From assembly GCA_050949045.1 (NCBI GenBank), contig JBMNEZ010000001.1, positions 800,001 through 864,000 on the forward strand: a stretch of 64,000 nucleotides of DNA. Reading direction: 5' to 3'. Position numbers and translations under genes: made by a program. Source of the DNA: Candidatus Izemoplasmatales bacterium (GTDB lineage Bacteria; Bacillota_I; Bacilli_A; Izemoplasmatales; Hujiaoplasmataceae). Below, piece by piece: positions 9,192 to 19,467 of this stretch (the first letter of the stretch is position 1; the number at the start of each line of letters is the position of its first letter). The notes under the pieces are model-generated. The model saw only the letters and a program-made list of their open reading frames with translations, made no database searches and was not told where the DNA came from.

Positions 9192-9944
9192 TCAAATCTG
9201 GATATCGAGGATCACCGGGCAGTGGTCGCTTCCGAAGATCTCGGTATCAATCTTGACGTCTTTTACCCTATCCATAATTCTCTTGGACACCAAGAAATAG
9301 TCAATCCGCCAACCGGCGTTGTTTGCCCTCGCGTTGAAACGATAGCTCCACCACGAGTACTTGACTGTTTCGGGATACAACTTCCTGAAAGTGTCCTCGA
9401 AGCCACTTTCAAGAAGAGCGGTGAACTTGTCACGCTCTTCAATCGTGAAACCGTGCTTGCCCTCATTTGCCTTGGGGTTCTTGAGGTCGATCTCCTTGTG
9501 GGCGACATTGAAATCACCGGTGACGATCACCGGCTTATCCATATCAAGCTTATTAAGATATGCCCTGAAATCATCTTCGAACACCATCCGGTAATCCAGA
9601 CGGGTCAAACCTTCCTGAGAATTGGGCACATAGACATTGACGAAATAAAAATCGGGATAGACGAGAGTGATGATCCTGCCTTCATCGTTATAGCCGGCAC
9701 CGTCGATCCCCATGATAACGTCCAGCGGTTTGTGCCTGGCATAAACAAGTGTTCCGGAATAGCCTTTTTTCTCAGCCGAATTCCAGTATTCCTCGTAACC
9801 TTCAAAATGAAAATCCTTTTGATCCTCCTGCATCTTCGTCTCTTGAATGGCAAACAAATCCGCATCAACACTCTCAAAGTAGTAGCGGAAGCCTTTCTTC
9901 ATTGCCGCTCTCAGGCCGTTAACGTTCCACGACACCATCCGCAC
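9192..9944 (-). CDS. xth: exodeoxyribonuclease III / AP endonuclease
   Basis: SWNVNGLRA, QETK, EGR, GDFNVAH, GWRIDYF, GSDHCP. Confidence 0.97.
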   Translation of the reverse strand: MRMVSWNVNGLRAAMKKGFRYYFESVDADLFAIQETKMQEDQKDFHFEGYEEYWNSAEKKGYSGTLVYARHKPLDVIMGIDGAGYNDEGRIITLVYPDFYFVNVYVPNSQEGLTRLDYRMVFEDDFRAYLNKLDMDKPVIVTGDFNVAHKEIDLKNPKANEGKHGFTIEERDKFTALLESGFEDTFRKLYPETVKYSWWSYRFNARANNAGWRIDYFLVSKRIMDRVKDVKIDTEIFGSDHCPVILDIQI

Positions 9945-10050
9945 GCTATCAATCCTTTCTTAAATCCCGGTCTCAACCCCGTTGTTCTCGCTAGGCTTGG
10001 TTATTGTTTATTTCATGTGTCTACATCATATCACAAATCGGGTGGTCGAT

Positions 10051-10608
10051 TCATTCTTGACCAATTGCGGGGGCCATGGTCTTTCCATGGATTTCCCTGT
10101 AGACCAGCCGACCATCAAGCCTGATAGACTCCATCAAACTCAAACGCTCGCTCCTTAGATGAACAGTGGGGACAACCAACGCATCCGGGCGATTGAGAAA
10201 GCCCTCCGCCCATCTCACCTTCCGCGCCAAGGTGAAATGGGGCCGGTATTGTCTTTGATCAATCACAAACCCCTCGTTAAGGCAGGCATGCCGGACGGAG
10301 TCGCAAAGGGCAATCAACTCCTTTGTCGGATCCAAATGCCAGACAAGGATGTCGTTCGCCCCCCGGTTGGCGAAAAACCCGATCTGTCGCGTCTTAACGA
10401 TAAAAGGATCAAAACTAATACTGTTAACGATCCTTTTCAGCCGGTCGCATCCGGCATCGTCGACTTCTCCGATAAATACGACGGTAAGATGGAGATTGCC
10501 AGCACTGGTGAAATTGCCACCATGGGCGTGTTCTTTGAATTTCAGGATCTGGGGATAGATCTTGTTGATTGCCCTCTGATCAGGAACAATAGCTAAAAAT
10601 AGTCTCAT
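10051..10608 (-). CDS. thpR: RNA 2',3'-cyclic phosphodiesterase (2H family, LigT/ThpR)
   Basis: MRLFLAI start; two HxT motifs (NLHLTVVF, PHFTLAR); AAGGAG RBS. Confidence 0.92.
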   Translation of the reverse strand: MRLFLAIVPDQRAINKIYPQILKFKEHAHGGNFTSAGNLHLTVVFIGEVDDAGCDRLKRIVNSISFDPFIVKTRQIGFFANRGANDILVWHLDPTKELIALCDSVRHACLNEGFVIDQRQYRPHFTLARKVRWAEGFLNRPDALVVPTVHLRSERLSLMESIRLDGRLVYREIHGKTMAPAIGQE

Positions 10609-10815
10609 CGAACTGCTCCTTATTGTATTTGTCTTCCGTCGTCATAGCCATGACCTTCTTGACAGTACAAAACGGTTTACTTCTTCCCAATAAATGATCG
10701 AAGAACGAATTTGTCATACAGTAAAGGCTCGAAATCCAATTCAAAAACGCAATCTGTTTATAAAAATTATACCACGTCTTAAGCATCGAGACCACAAAAC
10801 ACGATAAACCAGAAC

Positions 10816-10840
10816 AAAAAAACGGGTGTTCCCGTTTTTA
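10816..10840. terminator. short hairpin terminator after the nucleotidase gene
   Basis: AAAAAAACGGG-TGTT-CCCGTTTTT. Confidence 0.65.
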
Positions 10841-12409
10841 GTTGGCTCCGATGATCACGCGGATGTTGTTGGGATCATCGACTCTGATGATCTTATTCTT
10901 ACGGATATACTCAATTACGAGTTCGGCGATATCATCATTGATTTCCTTGACGACTCTTTGTCCCCGATACATCGGAAATTCCCCGCCGCCTGAGGCGCGA
11001 TAATTATTCAAAGCGAGGGTAAAGACGTGGTGGTCTTTGACCGGCCTTCCTTGATAGGATAAGCTGACGATTCTCTCTCCATAAGGCTTTGCGACATCGA
11101 TGATGTACTCGATACCATCGAACATATCGTAATTGTAGTGCTCGTTCTTCGGATATGAAAAACGCGAGTTGAAAATAATCTTCCCATCTTCCAAATCAAA
11201 GTATTGGGCATTCTGTTCAAGCGCCATTTTCAGATGTTTTCCATCGATTTCAATAACGACAAGTGTATTTGGATAAACATAGGTGCTAAGCACATTCCTG
11301 ATCGTTATCTCTTTTGAAAAACCGGTGGCGCTATTTCCTAGTGAAGTGGCGCTGATCATCGCCCCGGTGCTTTCGATCTGCACCTTGTTGATCAAGGTCA
11401 CGATCTTGTGCTTCCTAAGCCTGGCCTGAAACAAATCAGTGATTAACAAATCATCATCTTGAACGATCCCGATCGGGATATCAAGATACTCTTGTGTAGC
11501 GAGTTCAATACTTTCGAGGATCTCGCCGAGGGCCGGATCCGATTCGCCAACAACGTCGGTGATGACCGATATCTCGCTTTCTGTTTTCTTCCATACGCCA
11601 TCCGTTTTCCGGAAATGACAGTCGACTTTTCCAAAGCCTTTGCCATTGTATGTTGGCTGTAAAACCAGGGTTTCACCGACTTTTTTTGCTATTGTGCGGT
11701 GCTGATGCGATGTCAGGAGCACGTCAATGCCTTCAATTTCTTTTAACATCTTCGAACCCTGGTTTTCACCGGTATCCTCGATGTATGGTTCAAAGGTGTC
11801 GAGATCACATTCGAAGCCTCCATGGTAGGCAACAACGACAAGATCGGGATTGTGGCGGGAGCGGACGAGTTTGACATATTTCTTGGTAGCCTCGAAGGCG
11901 TCTTGGAAACTGAGCCCTTCGATATTCGCCTTCCGCTCCCAAATGGGGATGTAATGTGTGGTGATTCCGATAATGGCTATGGTTGGCCCTCCGGGGAAAC
12001 TTTTGATCTCATAGGGGGCCCCGAAGGCCGGCTGGTTGTTGCGACAAATGTTGGCGCAAAGCGACTTTGCCTTGAGTTGAGACAAAAAATCATCAAGGTA
12101 GTCCTGCCCATAGTTGAAATCATGGTTACCGGGGACAAAAAGATCGTAGTCAAGATAGTTAAGCGCCATCGCGGCGGGATTTTGGTATTTGGTCCGGTTC
12201 TGTTCATGGAAACTCATCAAAGGGCTTCCTTGAAGCAGGTCTCCAAGATCAATCAGGAGCGTCCGTTCATCCTTCATCGCCTTCAGGCTTGCGGATATTC
12301 TCGCAAATCCGTGGTTTGACGGCTTTCCCGATGCATAATCGACAGCCAAAAACTGGCCGTGAAGGTCAGCGGTTACTAGGATCCGGAAACGAAAATCAGC
12401 GTCATTCAT
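10838..12409 (-). CDS. bifunctional metallophosphatase/5'-nucleotidase (CpdB-like 2',3'-cyclic-nucleotide phosphodiesterase), no signal peptide
   Basis: DLHG, GDLLQGSP, GNHDFNYG, YHGG, SHQH; C-terminal YVYPNTL, YNYD, NNYRASGGG. Confidence 0.9.
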   Translation of the reverse strand: MNDADFRFRILVTADLHGQFLAVDYASGKPSNHGFARISASLKAMKDERTLLIDLGDLLQGSPLMSFHEQNRTKYQNPAAMALNYLDYDLFVPGNHDFNYGQDYLDDFLSQLKAKSLCANICRNNQPAFGAPYEIKSFPGGPTIAIIGITTHYIPIWERKANIEGLSFQDAFEATKKYVKLVRSRHNPDLVVVAYHGGFECDLDTFEPYIEDTGENQGSKMLKEIEGIDVLLTSHQHRTIAKKVGETLVLQPTYNGKGFGKVDCHFRKTDGVWKKTESEISVITDVVGESDPALGEILESIELATQEYLDIPIGIVQDDDLLITDLFQARLRKHKIVTLINKVQIESTGAMISATSLGNSATGFSKEITIRNVLSTYVYPNTLVVIEIDGKHLKMALEQNAQYFDLEDGKIIFNSRFSYPKNEHYNYDMFDGIEYIIDVAKPYGERIVSLSYQGRPVKDHHVFTLALNNYRASGGGEFPMYRGQRVVKEINDDIAELVIEYIRKNKIIRVDDPNNIRVIIGAN

Positions 12410-12567
12410 CGAAGATCACCATAAAAACATGTTGGCGGGCAATAGTCTTACACCTGCTCTGCTTCAGTTTATAAAAATGGATATAAAAACCGGTAATCGA
12501 TCGCCCTTGATTATTTACAGTCTTTCCTTTGGTAAGGCAGTAGGTAAATGGCGAACTGCCAAGTATC

Positions 12568-12864
12568 CTAATCTTCCTCGCCGTGATGGCCGACAATCGG
12601 CCCTTCCTTGAAGAGGTTGTCTCTCAGCTCCTTGTCGAGCACGGGCAAATGTCTGCGCAAATACTCAAGCGTCATGGCCGCATGTTCCAATTCTTCATCC
12701 CGGTTATGGACAAGTATTTCCCTCAGTTCGACGTCTTTGGTGGCGTTGACGCGTTGATTGTACCAATCGACTGCCTCAAATTCCTCAATCAAGCTGCGGA
12801 TAGCTCTGGTAATATCTTTAGTTTCTTCGCTTAACAATTCAAGCGGCTCGTGATATTGGTTCAT
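12568..12864 (-). CDS. encapsulin-associated ferritin-like protein (EncFtn/Flp)
   Basis: YHEP.E.L, RAIRSLIEEFEAVDWYNQR, HNRDEELEHAAM.LEYLRR; ATG at 12864 with AAGGAGG RBS. Confidence 0.92.
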   Translation of the reverse strand: MNQYHEPLELLSEETKDITRAIRSLIEEFEAVDWYNQRVNATKDVELREILVHNRDEELEHAAMTLEYLRRHLPVLDKELRDNLFKEGPIVGHHGEED

Positions 12865-12946
12865 AAATACCTCCTTGCGTATCACAATATTTCTTACTTA
12901 ATTATAACATAACTGACCGCCACAAACAAAACAACTGCCCTAGCGA

Positions 12947-14119
12947 TCAGTGTTTGGTGTGAGAAAAGAGCCAATCAAAAAAGGATCTGCCATCACTGTC
13001 TTTCGCATCGTTCAACGGTTCCAGCCACGCCCAGTGCCCATCGTAAAGGTATGGAGTTCCATCGCTTTCAAAGAAAGCGCCGTGCCTGTCTCGGATTTCG
13101 TCCACAAGGCTGAGATGGACATCCGATGCGCCGGCTTGAACAAGCCTTTCGAATGTCATGACAGTGCAGAGATCGCTCGGCACAACGGTATCGGCGCTGC
13201 AGGCGAAAAACCAAGTTGGGACCGTTTTGATATTCTGGATATCTTTATCCGTCAGCCAGCGGTCAAAACACGCTTCGGAGGTGGGAAAGGCAGCCGCAAA
13301 CAGCTCCGGATGGTCCGCAATCAACCTGATCGCCATAAAACCGCCATTCGAACAGCCGCCAATATACACCCTTTCTCTGTCGATCGCGGGATAGTTGTCC
13401 AAAATGCTATTGATAAGGCCGATCAAAGGTTTTGAATACAAAGATCTGCCAGAGTCGGTGTAGTGGCCATTGCCTTCATCCATCCACATTGTTCCTGCCT
13501 GCGGAATCAAGATAAAAAAGCCGCCGAAACGATTTTGTATCTCATCACGCTTCAAATATGAGATCGGATTCCCAAGGATGGCTACCCGAGGATCATCGCC
13601 GCCCTCCTTGGCACCGTGGAGCCAGATGACAAGCGGTCGCTTTGATGTTAGATCGCCCGGCGAAAAGAGGCCGTATGCCAGCAATATTTTGGAGTTATGG
13701 CGATATTTGTCATAACTGAATCCGTCCAGATCGGGCATTTCCAGAATCGATTCCAGGATTTCAACGGTATCCTCATAAACAAAATCGCCAAGAACGAACG
13801 GTTTGTTTGTGTGAACAAGCAAATCGATCTTCTCGGCGAAGCGATCATGGTGGGTCAAATAATCATATGTCAGGGGCGATAGATGGTAATTGTCGGGATG
13901 GCAGATGAGTTTTAACAATAACTCGTTATCATTTATGCCCGCACTCGCAATCTCAACCAAGTAGGGTGTGTTCTTTTTCTTTATGATGATTGTGAATGTA
14001 TCGCGCATCAGACCAGAATCGTTAAGAGGAGCCGGAAAAGAAAAGACGATCGAGCTTATCGCCGGGCCAAAATCAAAAGCTTCAACGATCAAACGGCATT
14101 TCAAGATAGCGCCTTTCAC
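12947..14119 (-). CDS. alpha/beta-hydrolase esterase with Ig-like N-domain (Thermotoga EstA / COG4099-like)
   Basis: LVIWLHGAKEGG, GCSNGG nucleophile elbow, DTVV, GHWAW. Confidence 0.8.
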   Translation of the reverse strand: MKGAILKCRLIVEAFDFGPAISSIVFSFPAPLNDSGLMRDTFTIIIKKKNTPYLVEIASAGINDNELLLKLICHPDNYHLSPLTYDYLTHHDRFAEKIDLLVHTNKPFVLGDFVYEDTVEILESILEMPDLDGFSYDKYRHNSKILLAYGLFSPGDLTSKRPLVIWLHGAKEGGDDPRVAILGNPISYLKRDEIQNRFGGFFILIPQAGTMWMDEGNGHYTDSGRSLYSKPLIGLINSILDNYPAIDRERVYIGGCSNGGFMAIRLIADHPELFAAAFPTSEACFDRWLTDKDIQNIKTVPTWFFACSADTVVPSDLCTVMTFERLVQAGASDVHLSLVDEIRDRHGAFFESDGTPYLYDGHWAWLEPLNDAKDSDGRSFFDWLFSHTKH

Positions 14120-14330
14120 CTAAACACCCCCACAGACTGGATCGTTAGCCATTATTATAGCGGAACACCCCCGTCTTTGGCAATAAGTTACAAAAAATAG
14201 TAGAGCCCTTTTTCTTAGAACCTACTTTTAAGGGGGCGCTTCAATTGGTGCTTTTTATTGTTTTCCCCCGAAAAAGTAACCATTTTCACTCATCTAGGGT
14301 ATAATAGAAGCATCATATGAGGAGGTTTGA

Positions 14331-15551
14331 ATGAAGAAGCACGTCCGTTTCCGCCACCATCTGACCTTCGCATTTCTCCGGTTCATTTTCAGATGGTACC
14401 TCTTTTTCCGCTATAATTTCAAACGGCGTTATTTTCATTTGGACAGCCCCGGACCGCAGCTGTTGTTGTTCAACCATGCCGCGAATATCGATGGCTATGT
14501 CGTTGGCTGTTCTTTTCGTAGGCCCGTCTATTTCGTGTCGACCGAACATCTCTTCAGCGTCAAAGGCTTGTCATGGCTCGTCGACTATCTGATTGCCCCG
14601 ATAACGATCCAAAAGAACCGTCCCGATCTCAGCGCTGTCAGAAAAATCATCAAAGTCGCCAAAGAAGGTGGATTGATCGCTCTGTCTCCCGAGGGAAACA
14701 CCACATTCACTGGTGAAAGTCCGAGGTTTGACCTCAATCTGGTAAAACTCGTAAAGAAGCTGAAGATTCCTTTGGTCTTTTTCCATATCAAAGGCAACTA
14801 TCTGTCCAATCCCCGCTGGGGAAAGAGTATTCGGAAAAACCGCATCACCTGCGAGATCACCTGCACTTTGAATCCCCAGGAAATCGCTGACAAAAGTGAG
14901 ACTGAACTCTACGAACTCATTAGAAAAAGCCATTATGTCAATGCCTATCAAGATCAGCTGACCAACCCGCTTGTGTATCGTTCAAAAGCGCCGGCTCTCT
15001 ATCTTGAAAGAGTGTTGATTGTTTGCCCGAAATGCCGGGCTTTCGACCGATTGTATTCAGAAGGGGCCCATATTCGCTGTCGCAATTGCGACTTGGACAT
15101 GAGCCTTGACGAATACGCTTTCTTCAATGACAACCCCTATAATTTCCAAACGGTGATCGATTGGGACAACTGGCAGAAACCCGTCATCAAGTCAATCCTC
15201 TCTCTTTACCCCGTTGATCGCCCGCTGTTTTCACCAGCAGTCGTCAAAGTCTTGGAACACGTCAAAACCAACAAACCCTACAGCCACAAGAAGCGGCTGG
15301 GAAAGGCAACCTTTACCATGACAATGTCTGCGTTTACGCTGACGTTTCAGGATAGAACCGTGATCCTGCCCTTTGATTCAATCGAAGAAGTAGCGATCGC
15401 GGACAAGAACCAGTTCTTTTTGTACTTTCCACAAGCGAATACCTTGATGCTGTTCGGGACCGGCCGCTTCGGTCCCTACAAGTACCTTATCGCCTATCAG
15501 ATCGCCATGGGGAAAAAAAGGAATCAGGAGCCTTTGTATCTGGGGATATGA
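14331..15551 (+). CDS. lysophospholipid acyltransferase (PlsC family) with C-terminal Cys4 region
   Basis: NHAANID (HX4D), SPEG; CPKC...CRNC; GAGGAGG RBS and upstream TATAAT. Confidence 0.85.
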   Translation: MKKHVRFRHHLTFAFLRFIFRWYLFFRYNFKRRYFHLDSPGPQLLLFNHAANIDGYVVGCSFRRPVYFVSTEHLFSVKGLSWLVDYLIAPITIQKNRPDLSAVRKIIKVAKEGGLIALSPEGNTTFTGESPRFDLNLVKLVKKLKIPLVFFHIKGNYLSNPRWGKSIRKNRITCEITCTLNPQEIADKSETELYELIRKSHYVNAYQDQLTNPLVYRSKAPALYLERVLIVCPKCRAFDRLYSEGAHIRCRNCDLDMSLDEYAFFNDNPYNFQTVIDWDNWQKPVIKSILSLYPVDRPLFSPAVVKVLEHVKTNKPYSHKKRLGKATFTMTMSAFTLTFQDRTVILPFDSIEEVAIADKNQFFLYFPQANTLMLFGTGRFGPYKYLIAYQIAMGKKRNQEPLYLGI

Positions 15552-15588
15552 AAAGAAGTCCGAAACCACCGGACTTCTTCTTTTTTAG
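15551..15588 (+). terminator. terminator between convergent acyltransferase and ABC permease genes
   Basis: AAGAAGTCCG...CGGACTTCTT plus T-tract. Confidence 0.7.
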
Positions 15589-15712
15589 TACCTTCTTTTT
15601 AAAACGAACACCTGTCGCGATCAGCTGTTCAAAGCACTTCCCGTCTGAGCTGGAAGTGTTTCCAAAACTTGGAATGCCAATCCAAAATAACCTTAATGAA
15701 ATGATGCTTATA

Positions 15713-16708
15713 TTACCTAGTGCCTTGGTCATAGACCTGACCGACAGCCTTTGGAGCGCGGCTGGATTTGCTCGACAGTGCAAGCACGATCAGCGTCGCT
15801 ATATAAGGAACCATCGAATAAAAGTCGTTTGACAAATTGAGATCCTGCAAAAAGGGTATCGCTGAGTATGCGGCGCCGATGGTCGTCATCAAACCGAAGA
15901 AGAAGGCCGCAAACAAGACGCGGAAAGGCTTCCAGTTCCCAAAAATCAAGACGGCGATTGCCAGAAAGCCGTAGCCGGAAACCGTTCCCTCGAACGATTT
16001 CGCCATCGAGATGGCGAACAAGAAGCCGCCGGCACCGGCGAGAAACCCGGAAATCAGGACCGCCCGGTAACGGATATGGTAAATATTGACGCCAAGCGAA
16101 TCGGCTGCGTGCGGATTCTCTCCGCACGACCTGAGTCTGAGACCTTCCTTGGTTTTGTAAAGGAAAATATAAGCAACGATCAAGATGATGATACCGATAT
16201 AGAAGCCGGCGTTGACACCCTTAAAAAATAGATCACCGATTACAGGAATATCTCCGAGAAAACCGACAGACTGCATCTTGAAGACGGTTTTGAAAAAGAT
16301 CTGTTTCCCGCCGATGACAGTCCTAGCAATATAAAACGCAAGCGCCGGAGCAATCAGGTTCAACGCCGTCGCTGAAATTGTCTGGTCGGCTTTCATCGAG
16401 ATCGAGGCATAGGCGTGTAACCAAGAAAACAGGAGTCCGGTGATGCCGCCAATCAGCATTCCGAGGATGAGCAAACCGCTTTTTTGCCAGTTGGACTGGG
16501 CCAAGGCGGCCTCGTTGGTCGCAGGCTCGATGATCGAAATCACCCACACCGAAACGAACGCGCCCATGATCATGATGCCTTCGAGAGCGATGTTGGTGAC
16601 ACCGCTACGCTCACAGATCATCGCCCCGATAGCGACGATTAATAACGGAATCATTGTTGTGATCGTCGAGCCGATCAAATCATAGATTGAGTACGCGAGC
16701 ATCATCAT
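15713..16708 (-). CDS. nucleoside ABC transporter permease (NupC/NupQ-like)
   Basis: ERSGVTNIALEG, GLRLRSCGENPHAADSLG, GFLAIAVLIFGNWKP. Confidence 0.92.
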   Translation of the reverse strand: MMMLAYSIYDLIGSTITTMIPLLIVAIGAMICERSGVTNIALEGIMIMGAFVSVWVISIIEPATNEAALAQSNWQKSGLLILGMLIGGITGLLFSWLHAYASISMKADQTISATALNLIAPALAFYIARTVIGGKQIFFKTVFKMQSVGFLGDIPVIGDLFFKGVNAGFYIGIIILIVAYIFLYKTKEGLRLRSCGENPHAADSLGVNIYHIRYRAVLISGFLAGAGGFLFAISMAKSFEGTVSGYGFLAIAVLIFGNWKPFRVLFAAFFFGLMTTIGAAYSAIPFLQDLNLSNDFYSMVPYIATLIVLALSSKSSRAPKAVGQVYDQGTR

Positions 16709-17919
16709 TCATCACCTCCCGCGGTGACAATTTGTTGTTTGGAGATGATTTTTTCCGCTTTCAGTTTTGCTATTTTCTCTCTTCTGTTTTTGACGAACTG
16801 ATAGAGCATGGTCGACAAGGCACTGAAATAGATGATGACAGCGATGATAACATCGGCCATTTCCTTCATATAATTTGCCATTTCCATGTAATAGCCGCCC
16901 TGTCTAAGATAAGCCAGAAATAATCCGGCAAACAAAACACCGACGGGCTGAGTCAATCCGAGAAGCGCAACGGATATGCCATCAAAGCCCACCGACATCA
17001 ATTCAGCCGACATCATATCCCTTGTGACCCAAACATATTTGCCCGGTATCAGCACAAAAACCGCTCCCGCGATTCCGGCCAAACAGCCCGAAATCGCCAT
17101 CGAGATGATGATGTTACGCTTGGTATCCATACCAGCGTATCTGCTGGCGTCTTTGTTGAAGCCAACCGCTTTCAGCTGGTAGCCGAGCGTTGTTTTGTTC
17201 AAGATGATAAAAATGACGATTACCGCAAGGATGGCGATCAAAATGCCGATGTCGAGATCATAGTATCCGAAGATGGCAAGTTCGCGGTGTGGCAACAAGG
17301 CCGTGACATTGACGGCTTTTGTGTGCTGGGTATTCCCATCCAGCATTCTGTTTCCCTTGATGATGATAAAAGCGGTGTACATCGCCACATAGTTCATCAT
17401 AATCGAGGAAACGACTTCATGGACGTTGAGGATTGCTTTCAGAAAGCCGACGATCGTTCCCCAGAGGCAAGCAGCAACCATCCCGCCCAGCAAGGCAAGC
17501 ATCCAGTGGAACGGAGCGGGCAGCGAGAGCTTCATGCCGATAACTACGGCAGTCAGGCTTCCCATAATCATTTGGCCGGGAACACCGATGTTGAAGAGGC
17601 CGGTCCGGAAAGCGAACGCAACCGCCAATCCGGCGAGGATCAGGGGAGCGGAACTGTAAAGCATGTCTCCGAAACTTTCCATGCCTTCATTGAACCCCCC
17701 GGCTAAAAGCAAGGAAACGCCATAGAAGAAGTCCGGATTATTATGGGTTTTCAAGACGCCGATAACGCTGAGGAGCCAGATGATGAACATCGTCACAATG
17801 CCAAACCCGATGCCGAAACCAATGGCGATGAAACTTGGCGTCGCAGGCGCGAGCCTTTTCAAAGCGAATGTTCTTTTTGCCCATTCCTTCAGTTTGGCCA
17901 TAATCGCTTTAACTTTCAA
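16705..17919 (-). CDS. nucleoside ABC transporter permease (NupB/NupP-like)
   Basis: AFRTGLFNIG, HEVVSSIMMNY, GYQLKAVGFNKDASRYAG, GFDGISVALLG. Confidence 0.92.
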   Translation of the reverse strand: MKVKAIMAKLKEWAKRTFALKRLAPATPSFIAIGFGIGFGIVTMFIIWLLSVIGVLKTHNNPDFFYGVSLLLAGGFNEGMESFGDMLYSSAPLILAGLAVAFAFRTGLFNIGVPGQMIMGSLTAVVIGMKLSLPAPFHWMLALLGGMVAACLWGTIVGFLKAILNVHEVVSSIMMNYVAMYTAFIIIKGNRMLDGNTQHTKAVNVTALLPHRELAIFGYYDLDIGILIAILAVIVIFIILNKTTLGYQLKAVGFNKDASRYAGMDTKRNIIISMAISGCLAGIAGAVFVLIPGKYVWVTRDMMSAELMSVGFDGISVALLGLTQPVGVLFAGLFLAYLRQGGYYMEMANYMKEMADVIIAVIIYFSALSTMLYQFVKNRREKIAKLKAEKIISKQQIVTAGGDE

Positions 17920-19444
17920 GTTCGATCACCTTCTTTTTGGAACCGGACATGTAGAGCCCGATCTCGTGGAAGGATGTTTTTTTAGGCTCAAGTTCGGCGA
18001 CGATCATGCCCTCGAAAATCACGAGGATGCGATCGGAAATATTCATGACCTCGTCAAGTTCAAGCGACACCAAGAGCACCGCCTTGCCGTTATCCCGCTC
18101 CTCGATCAGTTTGTCATGGATGTACTCGATAGCGCCGATGTCGAGCCCTCTTGTCGGCTGCATCGCAATTAGTAATTCCGGTTGTCGAGAAATTTCCCGG
18201 GCAACGATCGTTTTTTGCTGGTTCCCTCCGGACATCGAACGCGTCAGCGAGTTTGCCCCGAGCGCGGAACGAATGTCGAATTTCTCGATCAAGCGGTTCG
18301 CATTATCCAAGATGGCTTCTTTTTTTAGAAATCCTCGTTTTTGAAACTCCGGGAGATGGTAGGACTGGAGAATCAGATTCTCCGCCAAGGTGAAGTCTAA
18401 GACAAGTCCGTGCTTGTGCCTGTCTTCGGGTATATGGCCGATGCCCATCATGAGCCTACTACGAATCGATTTTTTAGTAATGTCTTTGTCTTTGAAAAAC
18501 AGCTTGCCGCCGGTAGCGTTCAGTAACCCGGTTATCACCCCGATCAGTTCGGTTTGGCCATTGCCATCGATCCCGGCAATCCCGAGGATCTCGCCCTGCC
18601 TCAGCGAGAAACTGACATCTTTGACGCTGTATTTCTTGTTAATTTGATTATAATAAGTCAGATTTTCGACACGGAAAATTTCCTTTTGAACGTTGGCCGG
18701 TTTTTTTTCGATATCAAAACTGACTTTCCGACCGACCATCATTTCGGCCAAGACATCGATTGAGACATCCTTGACATCAACTGTCCCAACCATTTCACCT
18801 TTTCTAAGAACGGTGCAGCGGTCGGCAACGGCCATCACTTCCGCCAGTTTATGGGTGATGATGACGATTGATTTTCCGTCTTCTTTGAAATTTTTGATTG
18901 TTTGCATCAATTCGTCAACTTCCTGGGGCGTGAGGACAGCGGTAGGTTCATCGAAAATCAAGATGTCCGCATCCCGATAAAGCATTTTCAAGATCTCGAC
19001 TCTTTGTTGCATGCCGACGCTGATATCCTTGATATAGGCGTCGGGATCGACATAGAGCTTGTATTTTTCACGCAACTCGATAATTTTCTTGCGAGAATTT
19101 TCTCTTGTTAAGAATCCATGTTTCGTTTCTTCCATCCCTAAGATGATGTTTTCGGTAACCGTGAAAACATCCACCAATTTGAAGTGCTGATGGACCATGC
19201 CGATCTTCATGCGGTTGGCATCATTGGGATTTTTGATCGTTACGGCTTTGCCGTTATATCGGATCTCACCGGCATCAGCCTGATACAAACCAAACAAAAT
19301 CGACATCAACGTGCTTTTCCCGGCGCCATTCTCACCAACTAATGCGTGGACTTCACCTTTTTTTAGTTGAAACGTGATGTCGTGGTTTGCCCTCAGCGTA
19401 CCGAAGTACTTGTGGATATGCAGCATTTCGATAATGTAATCCAT
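17909..19444 (-). CDS. nucleoside ABC transporter ATP-binding protein (dual ATPase, NupA/NupO-like)
   Basis: [44 protein letters not shown]. Confidence 0.95.
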   Translation of the reverse strand: MDYIIEMLHIHKYFGTLRANHDITFQLKKGEVHALVGENGAGKSTLMSILFGLYQADAGEIRYNGKAVTIKNPNDANRMKIGMVHQHFKLVDVFTVTENIILGMEETKHGFLTRENSRKKIIELREKYKLYVDPDAYIKDISVGMQQRVEILKMLYRDADILIFDEPTAVLTPQEVDELMQTIKNFKEDGKSIVIITHKLAEVMAVADRCTVLRKGEMVGTVDVKDVSIDVLAEMMVGRKVSFDIEKKPANVQKEIFRVENLTYYNQINKKYSVKDVSFSLRQGEILGIAGIDGNGQTELIGVITGLLNATGGKLFFKDKDITKKSIRSRLMMGIGHIPEDRHKHGLVLDFTLAENLILQSYHLPEFQKRGFLKKEAILDNANRLIEKFDIRSALGANSLTRSMSGGNQQKTIVAREISRQPELLIAMQPTRGLDIGAIEYIHDKLIEERDNGKAVLLVSLELDEVMNISDRILVIFEGMIVAELEPKKTSFHEIGLYMSGSKKKVIELES

Positions 19445-19467
19445 TAGACCACCTCATCATATGCATG

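Noticed and set aside
9222..10124. 300-aa plus-strand ORF
   Set aside because: Antisense to xth with shadow-like composition
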